Of a DNA stretch of 64,000 nt, positions 9,392 through 18,306 are shown in pieces. How positions within the stretch are numbered: the stretch's first letter is position 1; every line of letters begins with the position of its first letter. The stretch is from Paracoccaceae bacterium (GTDB taxonomy: Bacteria > Pseudomonadota > Alphaproteobacteria > Rhodobacterales > Rhodobacteraceae): contig CACPHA010000001.1 of assembly GCA_902633655.1 (NCBI GenBank), positions 1,263 through 65,262 of the forward strand, given 5' to 3'. Under the pieces are notes generated by a model, which saw only the letters and a list, made by a program, of their open reading frames with translations, ran no database searches and was not told where the DNA came from. A program made the position numbers and the translations under genes.

Positions 9392-10039
9392 ATGATAGAC
9401 AGCATAAAACACCATGTGAGTGACGATTTGTTAATGGCTTACTCAACGGGCAACCTGCCGGAAGCATTTTCTATTGCTGTCGCAACACATGTATCAATGT
9501 GTGACATCTGTAGAAGTACGCTAGAAAGTTTTAATGCGGTGGGCGGAGCGCTTTTGGAAAACAATTCTACGGTGGCGATGTCGGATAACGCCTTTGCACG
9601 AACTTTAGATAAAATTAAATCTATGCCTGTCGTGCCAGATAAACCAACGAAAATTCAATCTGATCTTCCTGCTCCTTTGACTGATTATATCGGGCGTAGC
9701 TTAGCCCAAATCAATTGGCAGCCGATTGGGATGGGTGTCAAGCAATCAATATTGACAACTTCTACTGAAGCCACCGCCCGGCTACTTTACATTCCTCCTG
9801 GAACCGAGGTTCCTGATCACAGTCACGATGGTATAGAAATGACCTTAGTTCTTGATGGGGCATTTGCGGATGAAAATGAGTATTTCGCGAAGGGCGACAT
9901 CGAAATTGCTGACGGTTCGACAAATCACACTCCAGTTGCAACGGATGGCAGACCTTGCATTTGTCTAGCGGTTACAGAGGCACCGTTGAAATTCCGAAAA
10001 GTGTTCCACCGTCTCATACAGCCGCTAATGCGCATCTGA
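9392..10039 (+). CDS. chrR: Anti-sigma-E factor ChrR (zinc-binding anti-sigma domain plus C-terminal cupin)
   Basis: N-terminal H...HVSMCDICR (HxxxCxxC zinc motif) and a C-terminal cupin-like segment (GTEVPDHSHDGIEMTLVLDG). Located immediately downstream of rpoE. Confidence 0.9.
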   Translation: MIDSIKHHVSDDLLMAYSTGNLPEAFSIAVATHVSMCDICRSTLESFNAVGGALLENNSTVAMSDNAFARTLDKIKSMPVVPDKPTKIQSDLPAPLTDYIGRSLAQINWQPIGMGVKQSILTTSTEATARLLYIPPGTEVPDHSHDGIEMTLVLDGAFADENEYFAKGDIEIADGSTNHTPVATDGRPCICLAVTEAPLKFRKVFHRLIQPLMRI

Positions 10040-10789
10040 TCGCTTTATTATGTCATTGTGAAGCAACGGAGCAGCAGCAATAGCTCCCTTTGTTAAGGGG
10101 CGTTTTTGGTTAAAACTGAGCTTTCGTCCCGTTCGATCAGACACGATTGCACCAGCCTCTGCCGCGATAAGAGCGCCGGCGCAGATGTCCCACTCCCAAC
10201 TGTTACGGAAAGTTATCATTGCATCAAACCTACCCTCTGCAACCAAAGCGAGCCGGTAAGCGAGAGAAGGCCGATGATGCCTTGTAAAACCTGGAACAGT
10301 TGCGTTCCTCCAAAATTGTGCCTGCTGTGCTGGGCGTGCAGCAAGTACATTTGCATTGTCAAGCGCTCTTTGCGTGCTGACCGAGATAGGCTTGTGATTT
10401 AAAAAAGCTCCCTTACCAAGTTGCGCTGCATAGAGGTAATCAAACGCGGGTAAGTAAACGACAGCGGCATAAGGCAGTCCATCTTTAGTCACAGCAAAGG
10501 AATGCGCCCATGTGTTGTCTCCATTCATAAAACTTCTGGTACCATCTATTGGGTCGATTACAAAGCAAGAGTGCTTTTCCAAACGTGACGGATCGTCTTC
10601 GCTCTCCTCGGACAACCAACCGTAATCTGGCCGTTCTGAACGCAAAAACGCTAACAACATTTGATTTATGGCAAGATCTGCTTCTGTGACCGGGCCTTCG
10701 TTACCTCTTTTTTCCCAAGATTTTGCTGCGCCACCGGCCAAGGGCAAGGCAATTTTTGACGCTCTTCTGGCTGCCTCAACAAGAAGCAT
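10025..10789 (-). CDS. Inositol monophosphatase / CysQ-like family phosphatase
   Basis: WLSEESEDD, VIDPIDGTRSF and WEWDICAG motifs. The track start (TTG 10807) overlaps pmbA. ATG at 10789 lies 4 nt after the pmbA stop. Confidence 0.8.
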   Translation of the reverse strand: MLLVEAARRASKIALPLAGGAAKSWEKRGNEGPVTEADLAINQMLLAFLRSERPDYGWLSEESEDDPSRLEKHSCFVIDPIDGTRSFMNGDNTWAHSFAVTKDGLPYAAVVYLPAFDYLYAAQLGKGAFLNHKPISVSTQRALDNANVLAARPAQQAQFWRNATVPGFTRHHRPSLAYRLALVAEGRFDAMITFRNSWEWDICAGALIAAEAGAIVSDRTGRKLSFNQKRPLTKGAIAAAPLLHNDIIKRSDAH

Positions 10790-10793
10790 GAGA

Positions 10794-12155
10794 TCATTTT
10801 CCAGCAATTTTCATCCCTTCGACCAGCAGCGAGGGAACCCGCCAGGAAACGTACGCACGCGCATCATTCGCAGCAACAAGACTAAGTAGCATATCATTTA
10901 AATTCCCAGCAATCGTACATTCACTTACGGGATACGAGATTTGACCATTTTCCACCCAATGGCCAGCGGCGCCTCGCGAGTAATCCCCTGTATTTGGATT
11001 GACTGTTGAACCGATCATCGATGTTACAAGTAATCCAGACCCCATTTCTACAAGCAATTCATCGCGGGATTTTGAACCACCACTTAACGTTACATTACCT
11101 ACTTGCGGGCTGGGTAGCGAACTAGGCGAACGGACTGCATTGCCAGTAGATTTCACTCCCAACTTGCGTGCCGACGAAAGGTCCAGTGTCCAGCCTTGCA
11201 AAATACCGTCCTTAACGATAACACGATTTCGTTTCGGCAACCCTTCCGCATCAAAAGGTCGCGATGCGCCGATCCGCGGACGCATTGGTTCTTCCAAGAG
11301 CGACATATCAGTTGGCAAGACTTGTTCTTTAAGTTTATCCCGGAGCCAAGAAGACCCTCTCGCTACTGAAGCGCCGTTTGAAGCAGCTAATAAATGACCA
11401 ATCAGGCTTGCTGCAACCCGTTGATCAAAAATGACTGGAAAAGAACCAGTTTCAGGCTTACGCGGTTCGAGACGAGCCAGCGCACGTTCTGCGGCTACCG
11501 ATCCAATGTCATCTGCTGATCGCAGGTCTACACCGTAAACCCGACTATCATAATCATAGTCTCGTTCCATACCAAGCTCGGTTCCAGCAATTGCAACACA
11601 GCTCAATCCCCTTGACGTTTTTGCGTAGCTTCCAGAAAATCCTGTACTGGTTGCCAGAAAGATATCGCTTTTAGAGTAGCTGGCTGATGCATCACTAACC
11701 TGCTTAATTCCACCATATTCCATGGCAGCATTTTCAACGGCCAATGCATCAGTTTTCAGTGTTTCGGCACTGGGCTCGTCTGATGGGTCGCACAAGTCAT
11801 AATCTGTAATTTCCCAAACTGTGGCAAATTCCTCTGGAGATGCCACTCCACAATAGGGGTCCTCCGGAGCCTCTTTTGCCATCGCGACAGCGCGCTCTAC
11901 CATTTTAGAAATAGTCTCCGCCCGAATGTCCGATCCAGAAACAATCGCCTGCCTTTTACCAAGAAAAACTCGCAAGCCCAAATCTAAACCTTCAGATCTT
12001 TCAGAAAGCTCTAAGGTTCCATCACGCACTGAAACACTGCTAGAAAAACCAGAAGCAACCAAAACATCTGCAAACTCCGCACCATTTTCCTTTGCAACGC
12101 TTAATAATTCAGACGCCAATTTTTCTAAGGATAAGGTTTTTGTTGATTCCAACAT
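10794..12155 (-). CDS. pmbA: PmbA/TldE family metalloprotease
   Basis: 453 aa. Overall TldD/PmbA architecture with C-terminal motifs such as GDYSRGAAGHWVENG. Confidence 0.8.
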   Translation of the reverse strand: MLESTKTLSLEKLASELLSVAKENGAEFADVLVASGFSSSVSVRDGTLELSERSEGLDLGLRVFLGKRQAIVSGSDIRAETISKMVERAVAMAKEAPEDPYCGVASPEEFATVWEITDYDLCDPSDEPSAETLKTDALAVENAAMEYGGIKQVSDASASYSKSDIFLATSTGFSGSYAKTSRGLSCVAIAGTELGMERDYDYDSRVYGVDLRSADDIGSVAAERALARLEPRKPETGSFPVIFDQRVAASLIGHLLAASNGASVARGSSWLRDKLKEQVLPTDMSLLEEPMRPRIGASRPFDAEGLPKRNRVIVKDGILQGWTLDLSSARKLGVKSTGNAVRSPSSLPSPQVGNVTLSGGSKSRDELLVEMGSGLLVTSMIGSTVNPNTGDYSRGAAGHWVENGQISYPVSECTIAGNLNDMLLSLVAANDARAYVSWRVPSLLVEGMKIAGK

Positions 12156-12279
12156 GTGACTTCCAATAAATACTTTCGAGGGGTAACGAACCGTTTACCA
12201 AAGTGCAAGTGCTCGTAACGAGCTCTTAAGTACCTTAAAAATAGCACTGCAATCTTTGTAGACGAGGAAATTTTTTAAA

Positions 12280-13029
12280 ATGTCAAAAACTGCTTTAATT
12301 ACTGGCGCTGCACGTGGCATTGGGCTTGCCACATCGCATAAATTTGCCCAAAATGGATACCAAGTATTTATGCTTGACAGAGACCGTTACGCTTTAGACG
12401 AAAAAGTCAAAGAAGTTGATGGAGCTAAAGCCTTGCATTTCGATATATCTATCCAAGAGACCGCACAGTGTGTGGTCAAACAAATCGAAAAACTCTGCGA
12501 TGGCTTAGCAGTTTTAATAAACAACGCAGGCGTTGCAGAATTTGGTGGCATTGAAACCTCTTCCGCACAAAGCTGGCGCCGGGTCATGGACACAAATCTT
12601 GATGGAATGTTCTACTTGTCTCAGGCCCTAATTCCTCACCTTAAAAAGGCGCAAGGAAGTATTGTAAACATCGCCTCCATTTCGGGCTTACGGGCTTCCA
12701 CACTGCGGGTAGCTTATGGCACTTCAAAAGCAGCTGTCATGCAGCTGAGTAAACAACAGGCAGTTGAATTGGGCGAATACGGCATACGAGCAAATTGCGT
12801 AGCGCCGGGACCTGTGCGAACTAAGTTGGCAATGGCTGTACATACTCAAGATATTATCGATGCGTACCACGATGCAATTCCACTAAATCGCTATGGAAAT
12901 GAAGAAGAAATTGCCGCAGCTATTTATTTCTTAGCATCGGATGAAGCATCATTTATCACTGGCCAAGTACTATCGGTAGATGGCGGGTTTGAAGCTGCTG
13001 GTGTAGGGTTGCCAGCTCTAAGACATTAA
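12280..13029 (+). CDS. SDR family oxidoreductase (FabG-like)
   Basis: TGAARGIGLA, NNAG and YGTSKAA motifs. Confidence 0.85.
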   Translation: MSKTALITGAARGIGLATSHKFAQNGYQVFMLDRDRYALDEKVKEVDGAKALHFDISIQETAQCVVKQIEKLCDGLAVLINNAGVAEFGGIETSSAQSWRRVMDTNLDGMFYLSQALIPHLKKAQGSIVNIASISGLRASTLRVAYGTSKAAVMQLSKQQAVELGEYGIRANCVAPGPVRTKLAMAVHTQDIIDAYHDAIPLNRYGNEEEIAAAIYFLASDEASFITGQVLSVDGGFEAAGVGLPALRH

Positions 13030-13041
13030 GTCTTATATACT

Positions 13042-14562
13042 TCATCTAATACGCTGTCCGTTGGCATAGACAACACCCGTTGGATCAATCCACAGCTCTG
13101 CTTCGAGTTCATCCATTCCTATTGGAACTGTAAACATTCCCATCAACATCCTCGCTCCCATTACTTCCTCGGACCCGATAAGGCCCGTAGTACTCATTTT
13201 CTGAAGCACATCATTCAAACCTTTGACTGAAAGCCTAATATCCCCCTCTGGGCGAGGAATGCCTTCAAATGTGACGTGATCATCATTGTCAAAAGTAAAC
13301 ATACCGTCTGCTGAAAATTCTGCGCCAAGTCCTGACACAACAAATTCATTAATGGACACCGCGAGCACTTCAGCTAAACCATCAAAATCGTTTGTGTTAT
13401 TCCAATCCACTGACATGTAGTCAGTCATCAAACGCGCAACGCCTTCTAGATCTAACATTAAACTAAATGAATTGCGGTCGAAAATTTTCAAAGGGTCAAA
13501 CATATCCCAAAAGGTTTCAGAAATTCCGAGTTCCTGTACTCCAATCCTTATACCAACCTTCTGCTCAATCTTAGAGGCAATAACCGGTAGCGTGCCATTA
13601 TAAACAAGAGACATAATTGAGAAGGCAACCGGCACCGGCACAAGACTTCCTTTAACACTAAAATCCCAAGAAGATATATCAGATAGAAATTTCAAACCAA
13701 ACTTCGATATGTCAGCTGAAATTGAGCCTCCATTTGAAGACGAGTCAATAACCACATTACCTTTGGGATGAAAGTAGTTCATTGTTGTTTGACCACTATC
13801 ATAGCCATATATTGACGAGCTGCTCATACCTCCACGTAATGCAGTGGTAATGCCCTCTGTCAAAGTCTCACCTTGGTTTTGAGTGTTTGAAGAAAATTTC
13901 AAATTAGAAAACTTTGAGTTCCAAGATACGCCAAAGTCTCTTTCCGTTGGGCTAGCAAGAGCATCTATCAAGAACTCTCCGACAGCGGCATTAGTTCTAG
14001 TACCATTCGGTTTTGCCTGAAGTGATGTCCCAACAAAATCTTTAAAACTTAAAGAAACTAGCAACTGGTCCTGCGCAATTGCTCCACTATCGTCTTCAAG
14101 CTTTAAAAATTTAAATAACAAGTTTTCGAAAGAAAACTCTTCTTTAATATGATTATTCTCCCGGCTTAAGATGAATTTACTTCCCTTCATGGACTGGCCT
14201 AAATAGACTTTAAGAAAGGCTTTATCATCGTCCTTGAGTTCTAGTCTCCAAGTGGCATCTTGGGCCATCTGGAGCGAAACAGTGCCATCACTCTCTGGCC
14301 TAAAGCGCCAGTTATCAGCAATATACTTAAGTGAATATCCATCAGAAAAGCTTTCGTTCTCAAAAATCAGTTCCGAGATATACAAGGTATCACCTTCAAT
14401 GGACTTTACCCCAGAAACAGTAAAATCTGAACCTTTGAAGCGGTCGATCATATGCTCCCAAGCTTCTTCTGGAGTAATAGCGCCAAGAGCGGCGGTCGTC
14501 AAAAAAACCCCAAACAAAAATGAAGCTATTTTGTGCCCTAGACCATTAAACATATCCAACAC
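13042..14562 (-). CDS. Large exported or membrane-anchored protein of unknown function (possibly DUF2125 family)
   Basis: 506 aa with an N-terminal hydrophobic signal/anchor (IASFLFGVFLTTAALGA). The Ser/Asn/Asp-rich body has no catalytic motifs I recognise. The C-terminal ...GARMLMGMF...ANGQRI resembles DUF2125 proteins as I recall them. Confidence 0.4.
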   Translation of the reverse strand: MLDMFNGLGHKIASFLFGVFLTTAALGAITPEEAWEHMIDRFKGSDFTVSGVKSIEGDTLYISELIFENESFSDGYSLKYIADNWRFRPESDGTVSLQMAQDATWRLELKDDDKAFLKVYLGQSMKGSKFILSRENNHIKEEFSFENLLFKFLKLEDDSGAIAQDQLLVSLSFKDFVGTSLQAKPNGTRTNAAVGEFLIDALASPTERDFGVSWNSKFSNLKFSSNTQNQGETLTEGITTALRGGMSSSSIYGYDSGQTTMNYFHPKGNVVIDSSSNGGSISADISKFGLKFLSDISSWDFSVKGSLVPVPVAFSIMSLVYNGTLPVIASKIEQKVGIRIGVQELGISETFWDMFDPLKIFDRNSFSLMLDLEGVARLMTDYMSVDWNNTNDFDGLAEVLAVSINEFVVSGLGAEFSADGMFTFDNDDHVTFEGIPRPEGDIRLSVKGLNDVLQKMSTTGLIGSEEVMGARMLMGMFTVPIGMDELEAELWIDPTGVVYANGQRIR

Positions 14563-14708
14563 ACCTATTTTTATTCCTAATCAACAGTTGTTAACATTAA
14601 ACGAAAACAGGTCACAGGCCAAATTGAATTCTAAATGAAATCTAGTCGACAAGTCAGGTCAGGTCTTTTAAACGCGAAAGTGATTTTACTGGAAAGGCTC
14701 CATAAGCA

Positions 14709-15458
14709 ATGGATTTATCGGGAAAAACCGTTTTTATTACAGGTGCGAGCCGTGGAATAGGTGAGGCCGCGGCTCAGGAGTTTGCAAATCATAACGCAAA
14801 TGTAGCACTTTTTGCGCGCGATGAAGCAGCATTAAAGCGGATTGCACTTGCGATCGGTAAAAACGCGCTTCCGCTTACCGGAGATGTGGCAAACTATGAT
14901 GATGTCAGAACGGCAATCGAGTTTACTGCCGCTACATTCGGTAGTCTTGATATCTTGATCAACAATGCTGCGGCCCTCAAACCTATTGCTCATCAGGCAA
15001 AAGCTGATCCTAAAGCTTGGGCGCAACTGATCGATGTAAACATTAAGGGTGCCTTCTATGCAAATCATTCAGCCCTTCCAATCATGGTCAAAAAAGGTGG
15101 CGGCACGATTGTAACGGTCAGTTCTGGCGCAGCAAAGTCAGCAATCGAGGGTTGGAGTGCCTACTGCACCTCAAAAGCAGGTGCAGCCATGCTGACCACA
15201 TGTACAGATCATGAATATAGGGCACAAGGAATCCGCGCTATGGGTCTTTCACCAGGTACGGTTGCAACGCGAATGCAGAAGGATATCAAAGAAAGTGGTA
15301 TCAACCCCGTCAGCAAGCTTGAATGGTCAGACCACATACCAGCGGAATGGCCTGCCAGAGCGCTGGTATGGATGTGCACAGAAGATGCTGATTCGCTGAT
15401 AGGGCAAGAAATTCAGCTGAAAGATCCCACGGTATTGAAGGCTTTGGGCCTCCCATGA
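14709..15458 (+). CDS. SDR family oxidoreductase
   Basis: TGASRGIGEA, NNAA and YCTSKAG motifs. ATGA overlap with the next gene. Confidence 0.85.
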   Translation: MDLSGKTVFITGASRGIGEAAAQEFANHNANVALFARDEAALKRIALAIGKNALPLTGDVANYDDVRTAIEFTAATFGSLDILINNAAALKPIAHQAKADPKAWAQLIDVNIKGAFYANHSALPIMVKKGGGTIVTVSSGAAKSAIEGWSAYCTSKAGAAMLTTCTDHEYRAQGIRAMGLSPGTVATRMQKDIKESGINPVSKLEWSDHIPAEWPARALVWMCTEDADSLIGQEIQLKDPTVLKALGLP

Positions 15459-16078
15459 TTAAGTTTAGCGTAAATGACGATATCTGGACTATCCGCCTGA
15501 GCCGACCAGATAAAGCTAATGCCCTAACGGCGGAGATGCTAGAAGAAATCTGTTCAATAGTAGCAAGAGCACATAAAGCTCGCGCAATGATTGTAACCGG
15601 CGAGGGACAAGTATTCAGTGCCGGTGCCGATTTAGAGGCGGTCAAGAGAGGTCTTGCGACCTCAAACGTCTGGGAGCGAGCCTCAAGAGCGATTGCAGAG
15701 CTACCATGTTTGACTATTGCAGCCCTCAACGGGACATTGGCAGGGGGCGCTTTTGGCATAGCGCTCGCTTGCGATCTGCGAATTTCTGTTCCAACGGCAA
15801 AATTCTTTTATCCGGTAATGAAACTAGGCTATCTTCCCCAACCAAGTGATCCTGCCCGAATGTCTGCTCTAATTGGGCCGGCGCGGACAAAGTTGATACT
15901 GATGGCGGGCCAAAAACTAAATGCAGATGAGGCTTTACTGTATGGACTGATCGACTGCGTCTGCCCTTATGAAGAGTTACTTGACTCAGCGCACGCACTC
16001 ACCGATAGCGTCCACACTGCATTGCCCAACCAGGTAAAAGCTATCAAACAGATGTGCACGCAAACATCAATACCCTAA
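15455..16078 (+). CDS. Enoyl-CoA hydratase/isomerase (crotonase) family protein, short form
   Basis: SRPDKANAL, GEGQVFSAGADL and GGAFGIALACD oxyanion-hole motifs. At 207 aa it is shorter than typical crotonases. Confidence 0.75.
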   Translation: MIKFSVNDDIWTIRLSRPDKANALTAEMLEEICSIVARAHKARAMIVTGEGQVFSAGADLEAVKRGLATSNVWERASRAIAELPCLTIAALNGTLAGGAFGIALACDLRISVPTAKFFYPVMKLGYLPQPSDPARMSALIGPARTKLILMAGQKLNADEALLYGLIDCVCPYEELLDSAHALTDSVHTALPNQVKAIKQMCTQTSIP

Positions 16079-16322
16079 ACTTTTCCGATTAATTCTACAC
16101 TGAACCTTCGCAAAGGTATGCAAGAAATATAAAATGTGCAATTTCTTATTTTCTCGAAAAATACGAAATTTCGATAAGACGCGCACCAGAATACCGTAAC
16201 TGCAGAAAACTGTCATCCTTAATGTCTTGTTTTTGAATTGGAATGCGGCCACAAAATGTTTTATCAGCTTTCTGATTTCAGTCAGTGAGTGTAGCCGAAG
16301 CATATTAAGGAGCTCATTACCC

Positions 16323-17510
16323 TTGGACAAAAAAGCTTTGGTTATAGGAAGCGGTCCGTCTGGCCTGATGGCCGCCGAAATGCTCGGAAGAGCTGGCGTG
16401 AAAGTCACTGTGGCTGAAGCAAAGCCCTCAGTTGCGAGAAAATTTCTAATGGCTGGTAAATCGGGATTAAACCTCACTAAAAACGAGAGCTTAGATCAGT
16501 TCATTGAAAGTTTTTACGGCAAACACAGCCATTTGCGTCCAATTTTAAAAGCTTTTGGACCAAAGGAGGTGATGGCTTGGGCAGATGGACTTGGGGCCGA
16601 TACATTTATTGGCTCTACAAAACGCGTTTTTCCAAAAGTGATGAAAGCGTCTCCTCTTGTTAGAGCTTGGGTGGGACGCCTCTTAAACCTTGATGTAAAA
16701 CTGCAAACAAAATGGCGGTGGATCGGGACGGGTGATAGAACTTTTTTTTTTGAAACTCCTTATGGCAACGAAACGTTAGAACCAGATGTGACAATACTTG
16801 CGTTGGGAGGTGCAAGTTGGCCGAAACTAGGTTCAGATGGAACTTGGGTGAAATGGTTTAAGGCCAACAACATAGAGCTTCATCCACTTGGTGCCGCCAA
16901 TGTCGCATTAAGGATCAACTGGTCACATCATATGGCCAGGCATTTTGGTCAACCTATTAAGTCGGTGAGCTTTCACACAAAGAGCCTAAAAGTGCGAGGA
17001 GAAGCAATAATTAGCGAAAAAGGACTAGAGGGTAACGGCATTTATCAAATCAGCCGTGCGATACGTTTGTCTGAAAAACTTTACATTGATCTTCTACCTG
17101 ATCGGTCAGACAAAAAACTAATTACTCTTTTAACAAAGCCACGCGGAAAAAAAAGTTATACTAACCATTTACGTAAATCTCTTAAATTTGGCCCTGAGAA
17201 ATTGGCTCTTTTGCAAGAATTTGGCAGGCCACTGCCTGCAGATCCTACCCAGATGGCACTATTGTTAAAGTCACTTCCCGTAAAACATCAGGACCTTGCT
17301 TCGATCGAAGGCGCAATTTCAACAAGCGGCGGCGTTTCTTTTAACGCTTTGACCAAAAGCCTTATGTTGAAATCCAAACCAGGTGTTTTTTGCGCCGGTG
17401 AAATGCTTGATTGGGAGGCACCAACAGGAGGCTACCTGATCACTGCAGCACTAGCGACAGGACGTTGGGCAGGAACCAAAGCCGCCCAATTCGCAAAAAC
17501 TGCTAGCTAG
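16323..17510 (+). CDS. HI0933/BaiN-like NAD(P)/FAD-dependent flavoprotein
   Basis: ALVIGSGPSGLMAAEML...KFLMAGKSGLNLT. The track start is TTG 16227. The in-frame TTG at 16323 has AAGGAG about 10 nt upstream and places the GxGxxG motif at the N-terminus. Confidence 0.7.
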   Translation: MDKKALVIGSGPSGLMAAEMLGRAGVKVTVAEAKPSVARKFLMAGKSGLNLTKNESLDQFIESFYGKHSHLRPILKAFGPKEVMAWADGLGADTFIGSTKRVFPKVMKASPLVRAWVGRLLNLDVKLQTKWRWIGTGDRTFFFETPYGNETLEPDVTILALGGASWPKLGSDGTWVKWFKANNIELHPLGAANVALRINWSHHMARHFGQPIKSVSFHTKSLKVRGEAIISEKGLEGNGIYQISRAIRLSEKLYIDLLPDRSDKKLITLLTKPRGKKSYTNHLRKSLKFGPEKLALLQEFGRPLPADPTQMALLLKSLPVKHQDLASIEGAISTSGGVSFNALTKSLMLKSKPGVFCAGEMLDWEAPTGGYLITAALATGRWAGTKAAQFAKTAS

Positions 17511-18108
17511 TTTTGTTCTGACCAAGTGCAGCAGCTTCCTGGTACGATGAGCGCGACCTCAGGTTTTTTAGATAGATTTTGAATCCCTCATTGTGGCATG
17601 GAAACTTTGCAACGTAAGCCCATCCGCCGCAGTGCCCTAACACAAAGTCAGGGATGGTAAGCTGCTTTCCCATCAAAAATGGCCCCTTAATCTTTTTTGC
17701 AAGTCTTTCGATGTTTTGTTCGTATTCCAACTCAAAAGCTTGCCGGATCAAAGAAAAATTTTCTAATTTATTTAGACCCAATGATGATCTAGAAGAAGCC
17801 CAAAGCAAGGCATCAACCTCGTCAATAATCTGATGCAATAGTGCGTCCTGATGCGCCCTCGCTATAGTTCCTGGTTTTTCAGTCATCATTCCATGTTTAT
17901 CGGCAAGATAGGTCATTATTGCGTTTGAGTCCGTGATTACGGTCTCACCATCGAGTAGGACTGGCACCTTTCCGGAAGGATTATAATCTTTAACTTCTTC
18001 ACTGTGTGGTGAGGTGCTCATGTGCTCATAAGGGATACCCATTTCTTCTAGCATCCACAAAACCCTAAAAGTTCGACTTTTGACAGACCCGATCACCTTG
18101 TACATCAA
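17503..18108 (-). CDS. Glutathione S-transferase family protein
   Basis: 201 aa. N-terminal thioredoxin-like GST fold (NPSGKVPVLLDGETVITDSNAIMTYL). Confidence 0.8.
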   Translation of the reverse strand: MMYKVIGSVKSRTFRVLWMLEEMGIPYEHMSTSPHSEEVKDYNPSGKVPVLLDGETVITDSNAIMTYLADKHGMMTEKPGTIARAHQDALLHQIIDEVDALLWASSRSSLGLNKLENFSLIRQAFELEYEQNIERLAKKIKGPFLMGKQLTIPDFVLGHCGGWAYVAKFPCHNEGFKIYLKNLRSRSSYQEAAALGQNKTS

Positions 18109-18132
18109 ATTCTCCCTGACAACCTTTAATAT

Positions 18133-18157
18133 AAAAACGCCATTTCACGGCGTTTTT
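18133..18157. terminator. A-tract/hairpin/T-tract element (bidirectional-terminator-like) in a divergent intergenic region
   Basis: AAAAACGCC (18133..18141) pairs with GGCGTTTTT (18149..18157), with a 7-nt loop. It lies between the divergent GST and mutL starts. Confidence 0.3.
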
Positions 18158-18306
18158 ATAGTGTCATTTAGTTATCTAACACAAAGTGTTTCATTTAAAA
18201 TTCACAAAGATCAGCCACTATATACAAAGCCGGTATTAATGAGGATAAAGTTTGGCATAGCAGAATCGGACTCAAGCATGCTAAACCTTGTGGTATGCTA
18301 AGCGCT

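Noticed and set aside
10025-10039. 15-nt convergent overlap of the chrR and IMPase gene ends
   Set aside because: Short convergent 3' overlaps are common in compact genomes, and no hairpin or other structure is evident.
16067-16477. 136-aa minus-strand ORF between the crotonase and flavoprotein genes
   Set aside because: It overlaps the 5' end of the plus-strand flavoprotein gene, which has clear FAD-binding motifs. It has no motif support.
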